DNA of 64,000 nucleotides. Source: Mytilus edulis. Its lineage: Eukaryota. The first letter of the stretch is position 1. Each line of letters begins with the position of its first letter. A program made the position numbers and the translations under genes. The notes under the pieces were generated by a model. That model ran no database searches, was not told the DNA's origin, and worked only from the letters and a program-made list of their open reading frames with translations. Shown here in pieces: positions 38,159 through 52,599 of the stretch. The DNA is taken from the NCBI RefSeq assembly GCF_963676685.1, contig NC_092344.1:74152001-74216000 (forward strand), read 5' to 3'.

Positions 38159-38457
38159 TGACTGAGTTTACTTGAAACTCTACAATCGACTTCAGAGTTA
38201 ATAGATTATCGCGTGAACGCACTGGAGTTGATATTCGGAACAACTCTAAGTAACGCTAGGGTAAGGCCCTGACCAAGCATAAAAAATAAAATATTCTCAT
38301 TGGTTTGACGTCCTTCAAGAGTTTCTCGAGTTTAACCCTGGCTCGGTGAGGGTTGGAACCAGAGTACGAGGGGTTAACTCGAGTGGTTCAAGTAAAATCG
38401 TATTGTTGAAACCCGAGAAAGTAAAGTTAACTCGAGAGTTTCAAGTGAACTCGGCCC
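38159..38457. mobile_element. Harbinger/Tourist-like MITE
   Basis: 23-bp TIRs, 19/23 match (tgactgagtttacttgaaactct / agagtttcaagtgaactcggccc); subterminal gttaactcgag motifs. Confidence 0.75.
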
Positions 38458-39269
38458 GTCAGAATCTTTAGGGTTTTGCACACGACACATTTGTTTTGTT
38501 TTTGTCATTACCGTAAAAGTTCAAAAAAATAATCTTGTCAAGATAATCCAAGTTTTAGTTACGGCTCTGCTACTTTTTTTTACCTGGTTAGGAAATGGGG
38601 TTCTAAATTGATTTTCTTATTTTTTTTTATTTAAACTTAGGGGTTTAAATGCTTCTCATGTAAAACAAATACAAAGTTCTAGTTTGAACTTCATTGATTG
38701 TAGAAATGGGGAAAATGTAAACATTTTAAACTTTCAAAATAAGATCGATTTACTGTCTTAATAGCCCATTATACATTTACCGTTTTATCAGGGGAAATTT
38801 AATAGTTCCTAATAAAAAAAAATTCCTAACAAAAAGCAATTGGAATCTCATCATCTTCGTGCTTGTATGTCTGCCTCCAAAAGAACAATTCAATTCACAG
38901 TGATCAAACACCAGCTAGGGAACTCTCAGTTTGTGAAACTTCTTTATCAAATACCTACCAGTCTATGTAATGACCGTGTACTTTTTCGTTGGATTTTAAT
39001 ATGAAAATAAAGATACAAGTTCTTCACATTTTCCCAATTTTGTATGCATCTTTAATAAATTTTATTCATTCAAAATTGTATGCCTTTGATAGAATGCCTT
39101 GCAATTACCAATTGAAGTGCATGTATATACTCTCCCATCTTATTTTCTTCCAGTAAAATCTTGCCATTTTCAACTTGTTAGTTTACACTCACAAAAAATG
39201 AAGTAGGCACATCAGTCTTATTTTGTGGATCATAAGTTTAAGCCCACAAAAACGAACACCGAGCAATAA

Positions 39270-42200
39270 GCCATGACAATGAGGTCAATGTCAAATTCAA
39301 AAGCAGGACTGACATGTACGTCATAAAATATTTTCTTACATCAAATATAATGGAAACAAGAACGTGTCCATAGTACATTGATGCCCGCATTTTCTATGTT
39401 CAGTGGACCGTAAAATTGGAGGTCAACACAACTTTACATTAAAATTAGACTGTTCTCATCATAGGGAACATGTGTACAATTTCAAAAGTAAAAAAAACCT
39501 ACCTTGGACCTATGTAGTTTCTGCAAAAAAGACTGGTTAAAAATTTATGATCGAGTTTCCTGGTACATTAGATGTTTTCTGCTGTTTCGATTTCTATCTT
39601 TCATTACTAAAAACAGTGCACTTATACTAATCAATCTTCAATTTAACATTCTTCAGATACGTGTAATCGAGCCCAAGGTCAGATAGTATCTACCAGACAG
39701 ATCCATTTACTCATTCCATAAATCAATTAGCATAAAACACAAAAAGTTAACAATGACTAATGAACCATGAAAATCAGGTCAAGATCAGATGATATCTGCC
39801 AGACAAACATGCACCTGAAAATTATCTACTAGATTGAAAACAGCGGAACTTTTACTCTAAGTATTTGAAATACAGACTAAAATACAATAAAATGCTCTGC
39901 AGGGTTCAGCTTGATACAACCGCAAAAGTTGAACTCTGAATAATTGGGACCAGTAAGACACATTATACAAGCTTGATAAATCTCTGAAATTATATTGTGA
40001 TTTGACACAGCATAGGTTTCTGAGATAGTATGGAACTTTCTGGTACAATATCAAAAAGATCCATACACTTATACTAAAGTTATTGTCTGGAAATTGGGTG
40101 TCTTCATACAACACTGACGACAACGTGATACCAATATTCAAATGCACATTTTTATTTTTATTTTATAAAAACTTAATGAACAATGAATTGAGGTCAATGA
40201 TATCTGAAACCTGCCAGACTGACATGATATCATTATAATCATTCCATACACCACACATAATTCACCTCCGGCTTATAAATTATGAGATATGAAGCTATTC
40301 ACATCAGACATATCTGTCCAAGGCTCTGTGAAGACCACTATCAATCAACCTATAAGGGTTTAGTTTACAAATTATGACCAAGGTGTAGATGTCTCATTGA
40401 CACTCATTCCACATCTTCTGCTATCTAGTTTCAAGAAACCGATTTACCAAATATGGTAAATTTTCCAATCAGTCACTGGACCATGAAACTAAAGGCTCTT
40501 AAGAGCCTTTGTCGCTCACCTTGGTCTATGTGCATATTAAACAAAGGACATAGATGGATTTATGACAAAAAAAGTTGGTGATGGTGATGTGTTTGAAATT
40601 CTTGCTACTTACAATTATCTCTATCTATAATGAACTTTCACCATTAGTAACGGAGGAAATTATTTTGTAAAAATTCCCCAAAAAATTGACCAAATTAATG
40701 AAAATTGTTAAAAATGACTATAAAGGGCAATAACTCCTTAAGGGGTCAACTGACAAATTTGGTCATGTTGACTAATTTGTAGATCTTACTTTTCTAAACA
40801 TTATTGCCTCTAGCTATTATAGTATTCAAGATAATAACCAAAAACGGCAAAATTTCTTTGACAAGAGTGCATACGCTGAAATTTCTCGCCTTCTTTACTT
40901 ATCATTGATATTATGTTGATAGTCCTGAATATATAGTTTAATTACAACTGTCACATAAACTTAACATAAACCAAGAAACCTACACATTGACCAATGAACC
41001 ATATGAAAATGAGGTCAAGGTCAGATGGACAATGACAGATAGACATGAATAGCTAACAATTCTTCCATACAACAAATATATTTGACCTATTGCATATAGA
41101 ATTAGAAAATTTAAGAAAAATTGGTAAAAAATTACTATAAAGGGCAATAACTCCTTAAGGGGTCAACTGACCATTTTGGTCATGTTGACTAATTTGTAGA
41201 TCTTACTTTGCTGAACATTATTGCTGTTTTGGGACAGGTGAGCTAAAAAAAAAAAAAGGCCAAGAACAACATACATATGAGGGACAAAAACTTCTTAACA
41301 TTAGGTATAGACATGCAATGCGAGAAATATCATGGTTTTGTACCTTTATATAGAAAGATTCAAATAGTTTACAAAGGTGCATAGCAACCCTTATGTCTCT
41401 AATACTGAGACTTTCAAGATAAAAAACGAAAAACAACATAATTTTACCACTTTTTAAGAACACTTAATTAATCATTACAATATGCTAGTTTAAAAATATT
41501 TACATTCTTTAAAGTTTTCATTCGACTCAGGCCAGACAACACATCATAGATACAAAGTATAAGTCAGTTGTACCATGACAAAATTCAAATCACTAAATTA
41601 AATTGGTCTTTTGATTTTAAATAAACAGTAGAATCTAAAACAAACTAATAAATGTAAACTAAGCAAATTTCCTCAAAGTTAATAAACCATAACTGAGGGT
41701 ATAGGGTCAAATAATCTTGGAAATGAGATGTGCCAATGCAAATACAACTGCATATCAAATATCATTGATGTAGAACTAGTGGTTACCCATAAACCAACCT
41801 AATCACAAACTTATACACACGGTGAAATGTCTCGCCTTCTTCCCTTATTATTGATATTATGTTGATAGTCCTCAATGTAAAGCTTTATTACAACTGTCAC
41901 ATAAACTCTAACCAAGAAAACTAAGCATTGACCAATGAACCATAACAATGAGGTCAAGGTCAGGCATGTACAGCTTACAATTCTTACATACAACAAATAT
42001 ATTTAAGGAATTCCTTTTAGTTTAAGAAAAACAGACCAAAACATAAAAACTTAACACTGAGCAATGAACAGTGAAAATGAGGGTAAGGTCAAGAAAACCT
42101 TGAAAAAAAGCATGACTTACATATATATCATAAAATATTTCCACACACCAAATATAGTTCACCTATTGCATACAATATTGAAAAAAAAAGACAAAAACTC

Positions 42201-42450
42201 AAAAACTTAACTTTGACCACTGAACCATGCCAGGCAGACATGTACAGCTAACAATTCTTACATACAACAAATATATTTGAGGTATTGTTTATAGTTTAAG
42301 AAAAACAGACCAAAACATAACAAGAGTGCACACGCTGAAATGTCTCACCTTCTTTACTAATCAGTGATATTATGTTGAGTCCTAAATATAAAGCTTTATT
42401 ACAACTGTCACATAAACCAAGAAAACAAAACATTGATCAATGAACCATAA
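39270..42450 (+). repeat. cluster of nested Helentron-type non-autonomous fragments (three families)
   Basis: Heads aacaagaacgtgtcc (39355) and acaagagtgca (40861, 42320); tail caggtgagctaaaaa (~41250); repeated aatgaggtcaaggtca cores. Confidence 0.7.
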
Positions 42451-42720
42451 TCAAAGAGCTGAAAGCTCTGAAGAAAAATGACGCCACTGTCTCTAATATT
42501 GGGATAGTTTTTATGCAAGTCTTGATTTTCACATACCGTAATTAGTTTAACAATGCAACATGTCTCGTAAGCATAAAATTGATATTCGTATATGTGTGTG
42601 TGTGTGAAGTGAAGGTGAAAACTGGCTGTTTTTTAAGACAAATGAATAGGTCAAGACTACCTGAATTGTACAAATAAATACCGTAGAAAGGCTTTTATAT
42701 TTCTCACTGGTACATAGTCT

Positions 42721-43444
42721 GAATCCGGGTCCGTTCGCGCCCACTCATGTTCGCCCCTTTCACTTTCACACCCTACATGTTCGCACCCAATCTTAATTGG
42801 TTTTGTGTTTAATAACTCTGTAAGCAAGTGTTTTCTTATAAGTATAATTGTTGTCATTGTCTCAAAATAAAGTGAGACAGCACTTTTTTTTGTGTTGAAT
42901 AAATCTTAATCATGTTTTAGATAGCGTATTGTTAAAAATTATAATAATCCTTTCTAAATAAAGTGGTATTTTGTCAACGTTTTATTTTGTGTTGAATAAC
43001 TCTTAATCATGTTTTGTTAGTGTATTGCTATAACTTTGTTTCATTGACTTCTTTCAAAATGAAGTGAGATTCTGACTATGTTTTTTTCTGTGTGTTGAAT
43101 AGATTTTATCATGTTTTGGTTATAATAGTGGATTGCTATATTTTGGTTCCTATATTTTATTGTTTCGTTGTTTCAGATCAAAGGGACCAAGCTGTTAAAA
43201 ACAATTATCTTTTGTGTTTTTCCTTAAAAATCTTCAATGTTTTACTCATACCAAGCTATAAATACATTCAGTATTTACACCAAAGCAATTTAAAACAACA
43301 ATCATGATTTTCCAATTATTCAACTTGAATTTGAATTAAAATTGGGCGCGAATGAGTAGAGTGCAAACGGACCTTGGGTGCGAACGTGCGAGGTGCGAAC
43401 GTGTAGGGTGCGAAAGTGTATTGGGCGCGAACAGACCTGATACC
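42721..43444. mobile_element. Mutator-like MITE with tandem subterminal repeats
   Basis: TIR ..ggtccgttcgcgccca / tgggcgcgaacagacc..; ~15-bp gggtgcgaa repeats; flanking duplication acatagtct (42712-42720, 43445-43453, extendable by gaa). Confidence 0.85.
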
Positions 43445-43550
43445 ACATAGTCTGAACCCCCTTCTACCACAAAATATTAAGTAAATAATCTTTTTGTTAC
43501 TGTTATCAAAGGTCTAATGAAACTCAGGTAATTTCAAACATTTGTCAAAG

Positions 43551-44354
43551 AATTCTAGTCAAACCGGCACCTGGTTAAATTGGCACCTGGACAAATCAGC
43601 ACCTGGTTAAATCGACACCTGATTTAGTCAATTCGTCACCCATGTTAAATATAAATTTTAACAGTATTTAAGCAAAAAGAGTTAAATACTAACTTTCACA
43701 TTTTTGGGTGTTCATGTACATTTTGTATATATTTATTTTTCTCAACTTAATGACTTTTTTGGTGTATTTTTAATGATATATATATGAGTAGTCAAAAATT
43801 ATAATTATTACGTCTGGCAAGGCTTTTTAAATTTTATTCTGGGACACCTTTCTATGACCGCAAGGCTATGTTAATTTTTTCTGGGACGCCTTCCTACGAA
43901 CTTCATAGGAAGACATCACAGAAAAAAAAAAAATAGCCTTGCCAGACGTCATTATTATTTGGACTAATACATGAGATATTGGATATGTTTATGCATTATT
44001 TAAACCAGTTGAGCATTTTACAGGATTGTTTGTTTAATGCTTTTTAAACTTTACTGAAAAAAACACCTTAAATTTGCTTATTATTTGGCATGAAAGTTTG
44101 ATTAACATATTGAAAGGGACTCATAGTTTTCCATTTTATTTTAATAACTGTCTAATTGTTAAAACAACAGCTTGGGTAAGGGCTTCGTTGTTTACCTTTA
44201 TACACAACAACATATTCACTATGTACTTGATAACAGTTATTAATTAATTGAATAGAAAATATTATAACAAATATTATTGGATGCCGAATTGACGTCAAAT
44301 AGGTGCCGATTTGACTAGATGCCAATTTAACCAGGTGCCGACTTGACTTGTACG
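43551..44354. mobile_element. foldback/Mutator-like MITE with 16-bp subterminal repeats
   Basis: (gtcaaatcggcacctg)n at the left end and its reverse complement at the right; no clear TSD. Confidence 0.8.
43789..43966. mobile_element. nested palindromic MITE (TAGTC...GACTA)
   Basis: TIR tagtc..acgtctggcaaggct / agccttgccagacgt..gacta; 9-bp TSD atatatgag/atacatgag. Confidence 0.8.
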
Positions 44355-47300
44355 TTTCAATTCCTCTGCGATCGTTTGCGGTATTTTCTTGAGAAAAACC
44401 TATTTTCCATCATCAAAGAGAAGCAGAAACTGCTTGAAAATGATTCTGGAACGCTTCATGATTGTTAAAATAAGTTCAATTCACTCAAAAAACAATTTTA
44501 AAACTTGCGATGTTTAAACAGGAAGTTTCAAAAGCACGTGTAAAAGAAGAAATTAACCGGTGAAAGTGGAAATCCGTACTATCACTATAGTACGACTTTG
44601 AAAGCAAAACAGTTCCATTCTTTTGTAAAACAGTCTTTAATATACCTATCACATTAATGTTTGAAGGGTCTTAAGCTTATTCAAACCATAAAAGTCGGTA
44701 TGAAACACCAAAACGGAATGAACAATAACCGATTACGTTTTGTAGTTTACAAATTCTAAACTGGTTCCCGTCAAACTACAAAACTTTGGAATACAAGCAG
44801 AAACCAGTTAGTTTGTATGATTACTTCACAATGACCTCTCATGCATAATGATAACACAAGCAAATTCCAGTTTGTATAGAAAATAGTAAATACGAAACCA
44901 AGCGCGGTAGGCAGAGAAATGTAATGAAGTTCAGGTCGCCAGTAATGGAACAATGACTGCGTCATTTTCCAAAAATGAGGTCAAGGTCAGATGAACCATG
45001 CCAGGCAGACATGTACAGCTAACAATTCTTCCATACAACAAATATATTTGACCTATTGTTTATAAATTACAACAGATTATCTAACCGAAACACAACAAAT
45101 GTGTAGTCCAAATAATTATAAAAGTTTCTTTCCATAACAACATTGTTATTTAAATTGTGTGGAAGAGTATTGTGTAAATACTTGTATAAAATTCGATATT
45201 GCATGTTTTGTGATTTCTTTGGTGTATATCGTTGATGTAATATGTTTATTTTTGTTCTGCGGTTTTATGTTGTGTCCTCTATTATATTATTTGTTCCTCT
45301 GTGATGAATGTTACTGCCTGTTTTTTTTTTCTTTAATTTATTTCTGTTATGTCATGTCATTTTAACAATATTTTTTAAAATTGTCATAAAGCGGGATGTT
45401 GAGCTAGCCATTAAATCTTATAAGGTTCAATCCACCATTTTTCTTAACATGTTCTGTACCAAGTCTGGAATATGGCAGTTGTTATCAAATAGTAGGTTTC
45501 TATGCATGTTGTTGATTTTGTTTTTGTTGCACTTCAGTGTTTCTGTTGTTCCTTTGTTTTCCTCTTGTAGTTGATGTGTTCCCCTAGGTTTTAGTTTGTA
45601 AACATTTTCTCTCTATCCATATATGACTTTTGAATACCAGTATACTATGGTTTCTTTCATTTAATGCACATGTCTGAAAAGTTTGAATAATGGGTGCACA
45701 GAAATGCAAATTGAATGGTACGAATAAATGACATAAGTATGTCTTTTATTGTCAAAATTTAGATATTGCATAAAAATCTTAAATCTGTGTACATACTATG
45801 GTTGCAGATGCTTCCTGGGTCTGTTTCTCTAGCAAATGTTGAAATATCAATGTTTAATTTCTATTCCTGCTTCTACAAATTTATTAACATTGGACACAAC
45901 AATTTTACATCTCCACAATGATTCGAGTTCAAGTGCTGCCATTGGTTGAGAATGGTGTAGTCAAATAGGGCTGAACATTTTTCTACCAGCAGATGGCGAA
46001 TCTTTGTAATCATAAATGTTGGCCTAATTTGCAAAGGGTGGAGAGGGAACTGGATCATATGAAGATGAAAATATGGTGGATTTTCACATGCATCAGGTCT
46101 AAAACATCAGGACAAAAAACAGTGAAAGTTTTTTGCTAACTAGTTCTCATCAAATTCCACATAAAAAAAGGTATTGATTCGGCATAAAAGTACGATTAAG
46201 TAAAAGCTGCAAGTACATACCTTCCATTTAAAAGACAAGACATATCACAAGACTTTATGCTTTATTTCTACATCCATGAGTAGTACAACATTCAAACAGT
46301 TCACTGATAATTCACAATTGTTTGCACATTTGAACTATAAGTAATAGAATTCAATTATAGAATTTACAGTTATCAAATAATTTCTTACTAAATCACAATT
46401 TAGAAAAATCGTTTCTAACTTTTACCGCTTAAAGTTACATGAAAAGCGTTTAAGCAGACAGAAAAATTCCCAGCAGAATATTTAGATAATACTGTTAATA
46501 TAAAAATATAGACAAAAGCTGTTTTTCTAAAAATATTAAAAAAAAATTAAGCATGATTTTCATTTTTTGTCTTTAATCTATATTATTAAAACGAAAATGA
46601 TTTACTAAATTGTTGATTTACTCTACTACCGTTTAGTTTTCCCTAACCCTAAAACTATAACTGGAGTTAAAATGAACCAAATCACTGGTCTATGCCATCT
46701 CATTTCTTTTATTTCCTGTAGAGTACAGGCATTAACTATGTGGAAAGATTCAGTGATCATCAAGTATTAAAACTAATTATCTTAACAATGAAATTTCTAT
46801 CAGTATTAAATAAACCCTATAAAAATAATTATTTTTTTTCCCAAAGGCATTTCAAAAGTACTCATAACATTTACAAAGTTCATATTAATTATCGCTTGCC
46901 ATTTATACAATTTACTGAACAAGGTCAAAGGCATTTACAAAAGTTATGGAATGTCATATTATAAGTAGATTATATTGTATAATGAGGGATAACATTTCTT
47001 TCTTTTTAAAATAATTATGCAAATTATTGAAATGTTGCAATTTTAACTCTTTATATTTCATGTATATAATGAGGGACATTTTTTTCTTTAAAATAATTAT
47101 GCAAATTATTGAAATGTTACAATTTTAGCTCATTATTCAAAAGTTTTACATTTCATGTATATGTCAATCCTATGATTTAATATACTGCAATTCTTTTGCA
47201 GTTTATGATGAATGACACGAAATCAAATTTATTTACCCAATTCATTTTATTTGCTCATCTGGAATTTAGAGCAATACACATTTCCCAAACACAAAAATTA

Positions 47301-47458
47301 CAATACCATTATATTTAACATTGGTTTTGTCTTGAATAATGATATATATAAATATCTCTCGAACTTGTACAAAAAGTACTGGTATAGTTGGAATGATATA
47401 AGAAACCAAAAGAACTTCTTTTTTCACAAAACATAATACAGTTTCTAGTTAAATCTTC

Positions 47459-47620
47459 AAAGAAATCACTTTAATCAATGATATCAAAGAAATCACTTCA
47501 ATCAATGGTATCAAAGAAATCACTTCAATCAATGATATCAAAGATATCACTTCAATCAATGGTATCAAAGAAATCACTTCAATCAATGATATCACAGAAA
47601 TTACTTCAATCAATGATAAC
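47459..47620. repeat. 27-bp minisatellite, 6 copies (aaagaaatcacttcaatcaatgrtatc)
   Basis: Direct read; alternating gat/ggt variants. Confidence 0.92.
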
Positions 47621-49870
47621 AGATACATAGTTTAAAGTTGTCCCTGTGAGGGTTTTCTGTCCCTACAAACAAAAATAATATAGTACACTTAATCAATTAA
47701 AATACATTATTTCAAAATGATAAGTTGTTTATATATTGTTTTCTTTTGTTCTAACTTCTTTTAATAAATACACCTTCTTTTATCTATACCTGAAAAGTAA
47801 ATATATATTAAAAAAAAACACATCCATTTTGTGTAAAATATACAAAACCATGATGTTTATAAATGACAGAAAAAGAATTTCTAACAAAACACATCTCTGA
47901 CAGAAGTTTAAGATAGAAACAAAGTATTATTCAATATCAATATACAACAGATATTTACAATTAGGAATATTTAGTAAAGAAATTAATAATAATATTGCAC
48001 TTCTTCTTAATTGCCTAAGTGTGAATCAATGCTCAACTTTCAAAGAATTTTCCTGATTAAATTTTAATATCTTTACAAGTAATCTGCAATGCAAAAGAAA
48101 GGGATAACAGAGATCTCTTCATGGCAGTAACTGACGTTTTGTCATGGCGGTCTTTGTCAAATGATATAAAAATATAGTAGGTTACTCTTCTTCAGAAAAG
48201 AAACACTAGAATTTATTGGCAGCATGATTTTTTCTAAGACATACAAAGCTAGTCATGGCACTGTAAGCAATTAAGATGGATTAATATATTTTTAGGCAAG
48301 TACATTGCATCACAACATCAAAATAAGTAACTAAAAACTTATGACAATATTAGAATATCAAAATATCTTTTTTGTTAATAACTGGTCAAAATCTGATAAA
48401 ATTCATTCACTGTGTAAACCTTTCAAGTATATGTTACTGGTATGTTCCTCAAATCTTTTTTTCTTAAAACTAGTGTTGGCAAAGTTTTTTTTATCAATTC
48501 TTATCCACATAGATGAGATCCACAAATATTCAAACCGTTATCAAGGGAATAGTAAGCATATTTTTTTTTTTTTTTATGTTTACGTATAATTCAAAATTAT
48601 TAATGCTAAATTTAAATACTTTTTTTAATTCTTAAGAAGAAGAAAAATCAGCAATAATAAATATATGGATAATGTTTGATGCAACATCATTTGAAAGTAG
48701 AATATTGATCGTGTACGGTTATTGTTTGATCTGTTCGTGTGCAATATACGCTAAATACTTTGTTCTAGGTTCTAAGTGATAAGTCAAGTATACAAGAAAT
48801 ATCGGTAGGTTAGAGGCTCAATGTATTTATGAAGCTAACGTCTAATACAAATACTTATGCGAATTATGTATATGATATTTTTTTTTGTTCCCTTTCAATG
48901 ATATCTTAAGTAGTTATGTATAAAGAATTACGCTGAATGTATTATACCTTGCATACAAAGTGCTAAATTTGATCAGAACCATTGTTAAACATATCTTTTA
49001 CTCTAATTTTCTCTCAAACAAAAGTGTATTAAAACACGATCCACATTTGTATGAAAATTGAACTCCATGATTTTGATTTAAAAGATAAAATTTATCGATG
49101 AAGGAAGAAAAATCATCAATTATAAAAAAATAAAATGTCTCATAATTTTCTTGGCTATTCAATAAAAGAACACATAAAATATATTTTGTAAAAATATAGA
49201 AACAGAAAAAGAAAATAGTAAGGTACAAAAATAATCTGGTCCCTTTTCAGCAATGCGTACCCTTTCTGATATAATAAATAGAAGGACTGCACAACATATA
49301 CAAAATGAGCATCACTGTTTATGAGCATGTCTGTACATGACTATTTACATGGTTTATATACACAAATATCATTAATTGTCTACACAATCTTCTTAAGCCT
49401 CATTGGTTCTTTTTGTCACTAACTGTAAGTATCTGGAAAAAAAAGAATAAAAGGGTGATACATTTGTCTTTTTTTCAGGAAAGTCTATTCAGGTAATGCA
49501 AAGTATTAAAGACATGTTAAAATGTATGAAAATGCTCACAATTACACCCACACTTTAAATAAATATTTAGTAGCAGAAAATTATTATGATTTATGTGATG
49601 ATGCATCACACTATAGCATGCTCTCATTAAGCTTTGATTCCAATTTCAGAAAGTCCTGATTATTAGCGTTGGATGAAAAAGTGCCAACATTTTTAAGATG
49701 ATCATTTTCTGTGAAAACATCCAAGAATTTGGTTAGCAGGAAGTTCTTGAGCAATGAATTTGAAAATGCATCATACAGTATGGCATGCTTAATAAAGCTT
49801 GATAAGGAATTTCAAAAAGCTATGATTTGTAGTTCCTGAGAAAAATGAAATTAGTTGTGACTGTTTGTGT

Positions 49871-49998
49871 ACTTGACATTGCAAGAGGACATCCCTCCAT
49901 AATTATCATTAAGACTCTAGTGTAATGCATCATTATTACTTGACATTGCAAGAGGACATCCTTCCATAATTATCAATAAGACTCTAGTGTTATGCAAC
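49871..49998. repeat. 67-bp tandem duplication
   Basis: acttgacattgcaagaggacatcc at 49871 and 49938; another ~85-bp duplication lies at ~46976-47130. Confidence 0.85.
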
Positions 49999-50242
49999 AT
50001 TATACTGAGAATACAATTTGTAGTTTGTAGTTCATTCTTTGCAACAAATAGGAAAGTTTCAAAGATAACAATTCAAACTTTTTGGGGGGTAAAATTAGTT
50101 TTTAATATGATTTTCTTTGTTCTCATGTATTACACATCCATTTTTGAGAATCATCAATGTAAGTCTAGATTGTCTCTCTGTTGTTCCTTTTTTTATTGTT
50201 TCTTTTTATAATAATTAAAATGCTTTAAAATACAAACCCTTC

Positions 50243-50433
50243 TCAGAAAAGTCCACAGTCTTTAAGATTGTTTTTAATGATGACATCAGTGACAGCATCA
50301 AACACAAACTGTACATTGTTTGTATCTGTTGCACATGTAAAGTGGGTGTAGATTTCCTTGGTATCTTTCCTTTTGTTTAGATTCTCAAATTGTAACTGGA
50401 TATAGGCAGCTGCTTGTTCATAATTATTTTCAC
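50243..50433 (-). CDS. GNAI: G-protein alpha-i subunit, last coding exon (191 bp including TGA)
   Basis: [62 protein letters not shown]; TCAT motif and Gi-type DCGLF C-terminus with the -4 Cys. Confidence 0.98.
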
Positions 50434-50760
50434 CTGTAAAAGAAGAGATTTTATCAGCAATTAGAACATTTTCCCTTTGATCTTACTGCCTAATATTTTC
50501 AATATCATGGACAGGACTTGATACACAAAAATATTAGGCAATGACGTCATGTATCAGTGCAGTAACATCAAATGTTCTCGTCTATCCGCTTCAAATTATC
50601 AATGAAATCACTCGACTTCATTCATTCAACCAAATAACCAACCCGTTTTGTACGTGTAAAAGTAGTTTTACTTATTATTTCATTTTACTTCATATTCTTT
50701 ACAAAAAAAAAGATCTTTACAAAAAAAAAACAGAGTTGCAATAAATTGCAGAGAAAAAAA

Positions 50761-50877
50761 ATAGTGGCATTTTATTTTTTGATAATGACTTCATCAGCTC
50801 GAATCTCAACTCGCCCTAGCAGGCTCGCTTGATATTCTTGCTGATAAAGTCAGTATCAAAAACAAAAATGCCATTAT
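50761..50877. repeat. ~49-bp imperfect inverted repeat (hairpin), likely a non-autonomous DNA element
   Basis: atagtggcattttattttttgataatgacttcatcagc... / ...gctgataaagtcagtatcaaaaacaaaaatgccattat; followed by (TA)n. Confidence 0.75.
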
Positions 50878-51371
50878 CCTATATATATATATATCACATG
50901 ATAAACATTGGTTTCCTTGTTAGACAATTATTTGATGTGTAATAATGGAAAATTTCTGATATTGTTACCTCACTTTCACATCAAATCTCTATCCAAAGAT
51001 TTATTTTGTGTATTCAATTAATATTTTATTTTGCACAATTTTCTTTAGTCCTATAATACAATTCTTTTTCTACATGTTCTATGATGTGATTATGTACACA
51101 ATTAAAAACAAACGTACATTGAAATTTATTATTGATTTCAAAGTTATCTCCCCTGAAACTGTATCACTAATCTGATGTACATAAAGCAATGAAATGTCCA
51201 ACAAATAAATATGAAATGAGACACACAATAATGTTGCCCTGTTAATTTTTATAAATGTTCTGTGGAATCATTCATTTTTGGGAATACCAGTTTTCATTGA
51301 TTGAATAAAGTTGTATTTTCATGGGTACTGAATTTCTAGGTTTGATACAAATCTGTATGAAACTTACAGGA

Positions 51372-52316
51372 AACAAGAATGTGTCCAAAGTACACGGATG
51401 CCCCATTCGCATCATTTTCCATGTTCAATGGACCATGAAATAGGATAAACAAGAATGTGTCCACAGTACACGGATGCCCCACTCGCACTATCATTTTCTA
51501 TGTTTAAAGGACTGTGAAATTGGACTAAATTCTCTAATTTGGCATTAAAATTAGAATGATCTTATCAAAGGGAACATGTATACTAAGTTTCAAGTTGATT
51601 GGACTTCTACTTTATCAAAAACTACCTTGACCAAAAACTTTAACCTGAAATTTGCACTATCATTTTCTATGTTCAGTGAACCGTAAAATTGGGGTCAAAA
51701 CTCTAATTTGGCATTTAAATTAGAAAGATCATATCATAGGGCACATGTATACTAAGTTTCAAGTTGATTGGACTTCAACTTCATCAAAAACTACCTTGAC
51801 CAAAAACTTTAACCTGAAGACAAAAACTTTAACCTGAAATTTGCACTATCATTTTCTATGTTCAGTGAACCGTAAAATTGGGGTCAAAACTCTAATTTGG
51901 CATTTAAATTAGAAAGATCATATCATAGGGCACATGTATACTATGTTTCAAGTTGATTGGACTTCAACTTCATCAAAAACTACCTTGACCAAAAACTTTA
52001 ACCTGAACCCAAAAACTTTAACCTGAAATTTGCACTATCATTTTCTATGTTCAGTGAACCGTAAAATTGGGGTCAAAACTCTAATTTGGCATTTAAATTA
52101 GAAAGATCATATCATAGGGCACATGTATACTAAGTTTCAAGTTGATTGGACTTCAACTTCATCAAAAACTACCTTGACCAAAAACTTTAACCTGAAGCGG
52201 GACAGACGGACGAACGAACGGACGAACGAACGAACGAACGAACGAACAGACGGACGAACGGACGCACAGACCAGAAAACATAATGCCCCTCTACTATCGT
52301 AGGTGGGGCATAAAAA
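51372..52316 (+). mobile_element. Helentron-type non-autonomous element (HINE/pearl-like) with four internal tandem units
   Basis: Head aacaagaatgtgtcc; unit periods 169, 189, 189 bp; (gacg/aacg)n microsatellite; terminal hairpin gcccctctactatcgtaggtggggc plus ataaaaa. Confidence 0.85.
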
Positions 52317-52599
52317 TAGCATGTGTAAAGGAGTCATAGTGAAAACTAACCAGAAACTGTTTTGATTTATTTTGATAAATTTTGTGGGGTTACTTAATAA
52401 TCAGTTAAAAAAGTGGCACTACATTCCTCAGGATGTGAAAATTAAAGGTGTACTTTCAAGTCAAACCCAAAAGACAATTAAAGCCATTTGGGGAATGTAA
52501 GATCTATATAAAGCCAAAACTATTTATGGCAGAAATAACTTATTTTAATCTTAAAACATGCATACATCAGGAAATTTCCATTCAGGAGTAGTGACTTAC

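Larger units (their letters stand above)
45750..50242 (-). other. possible long 3' UTR of the Galpha-i gene
   Basis: About 4.5 kb after the stop codon with no recognisable interspersed repeats, unlike the flanks; end point is a guess. Confidence 0.35.
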
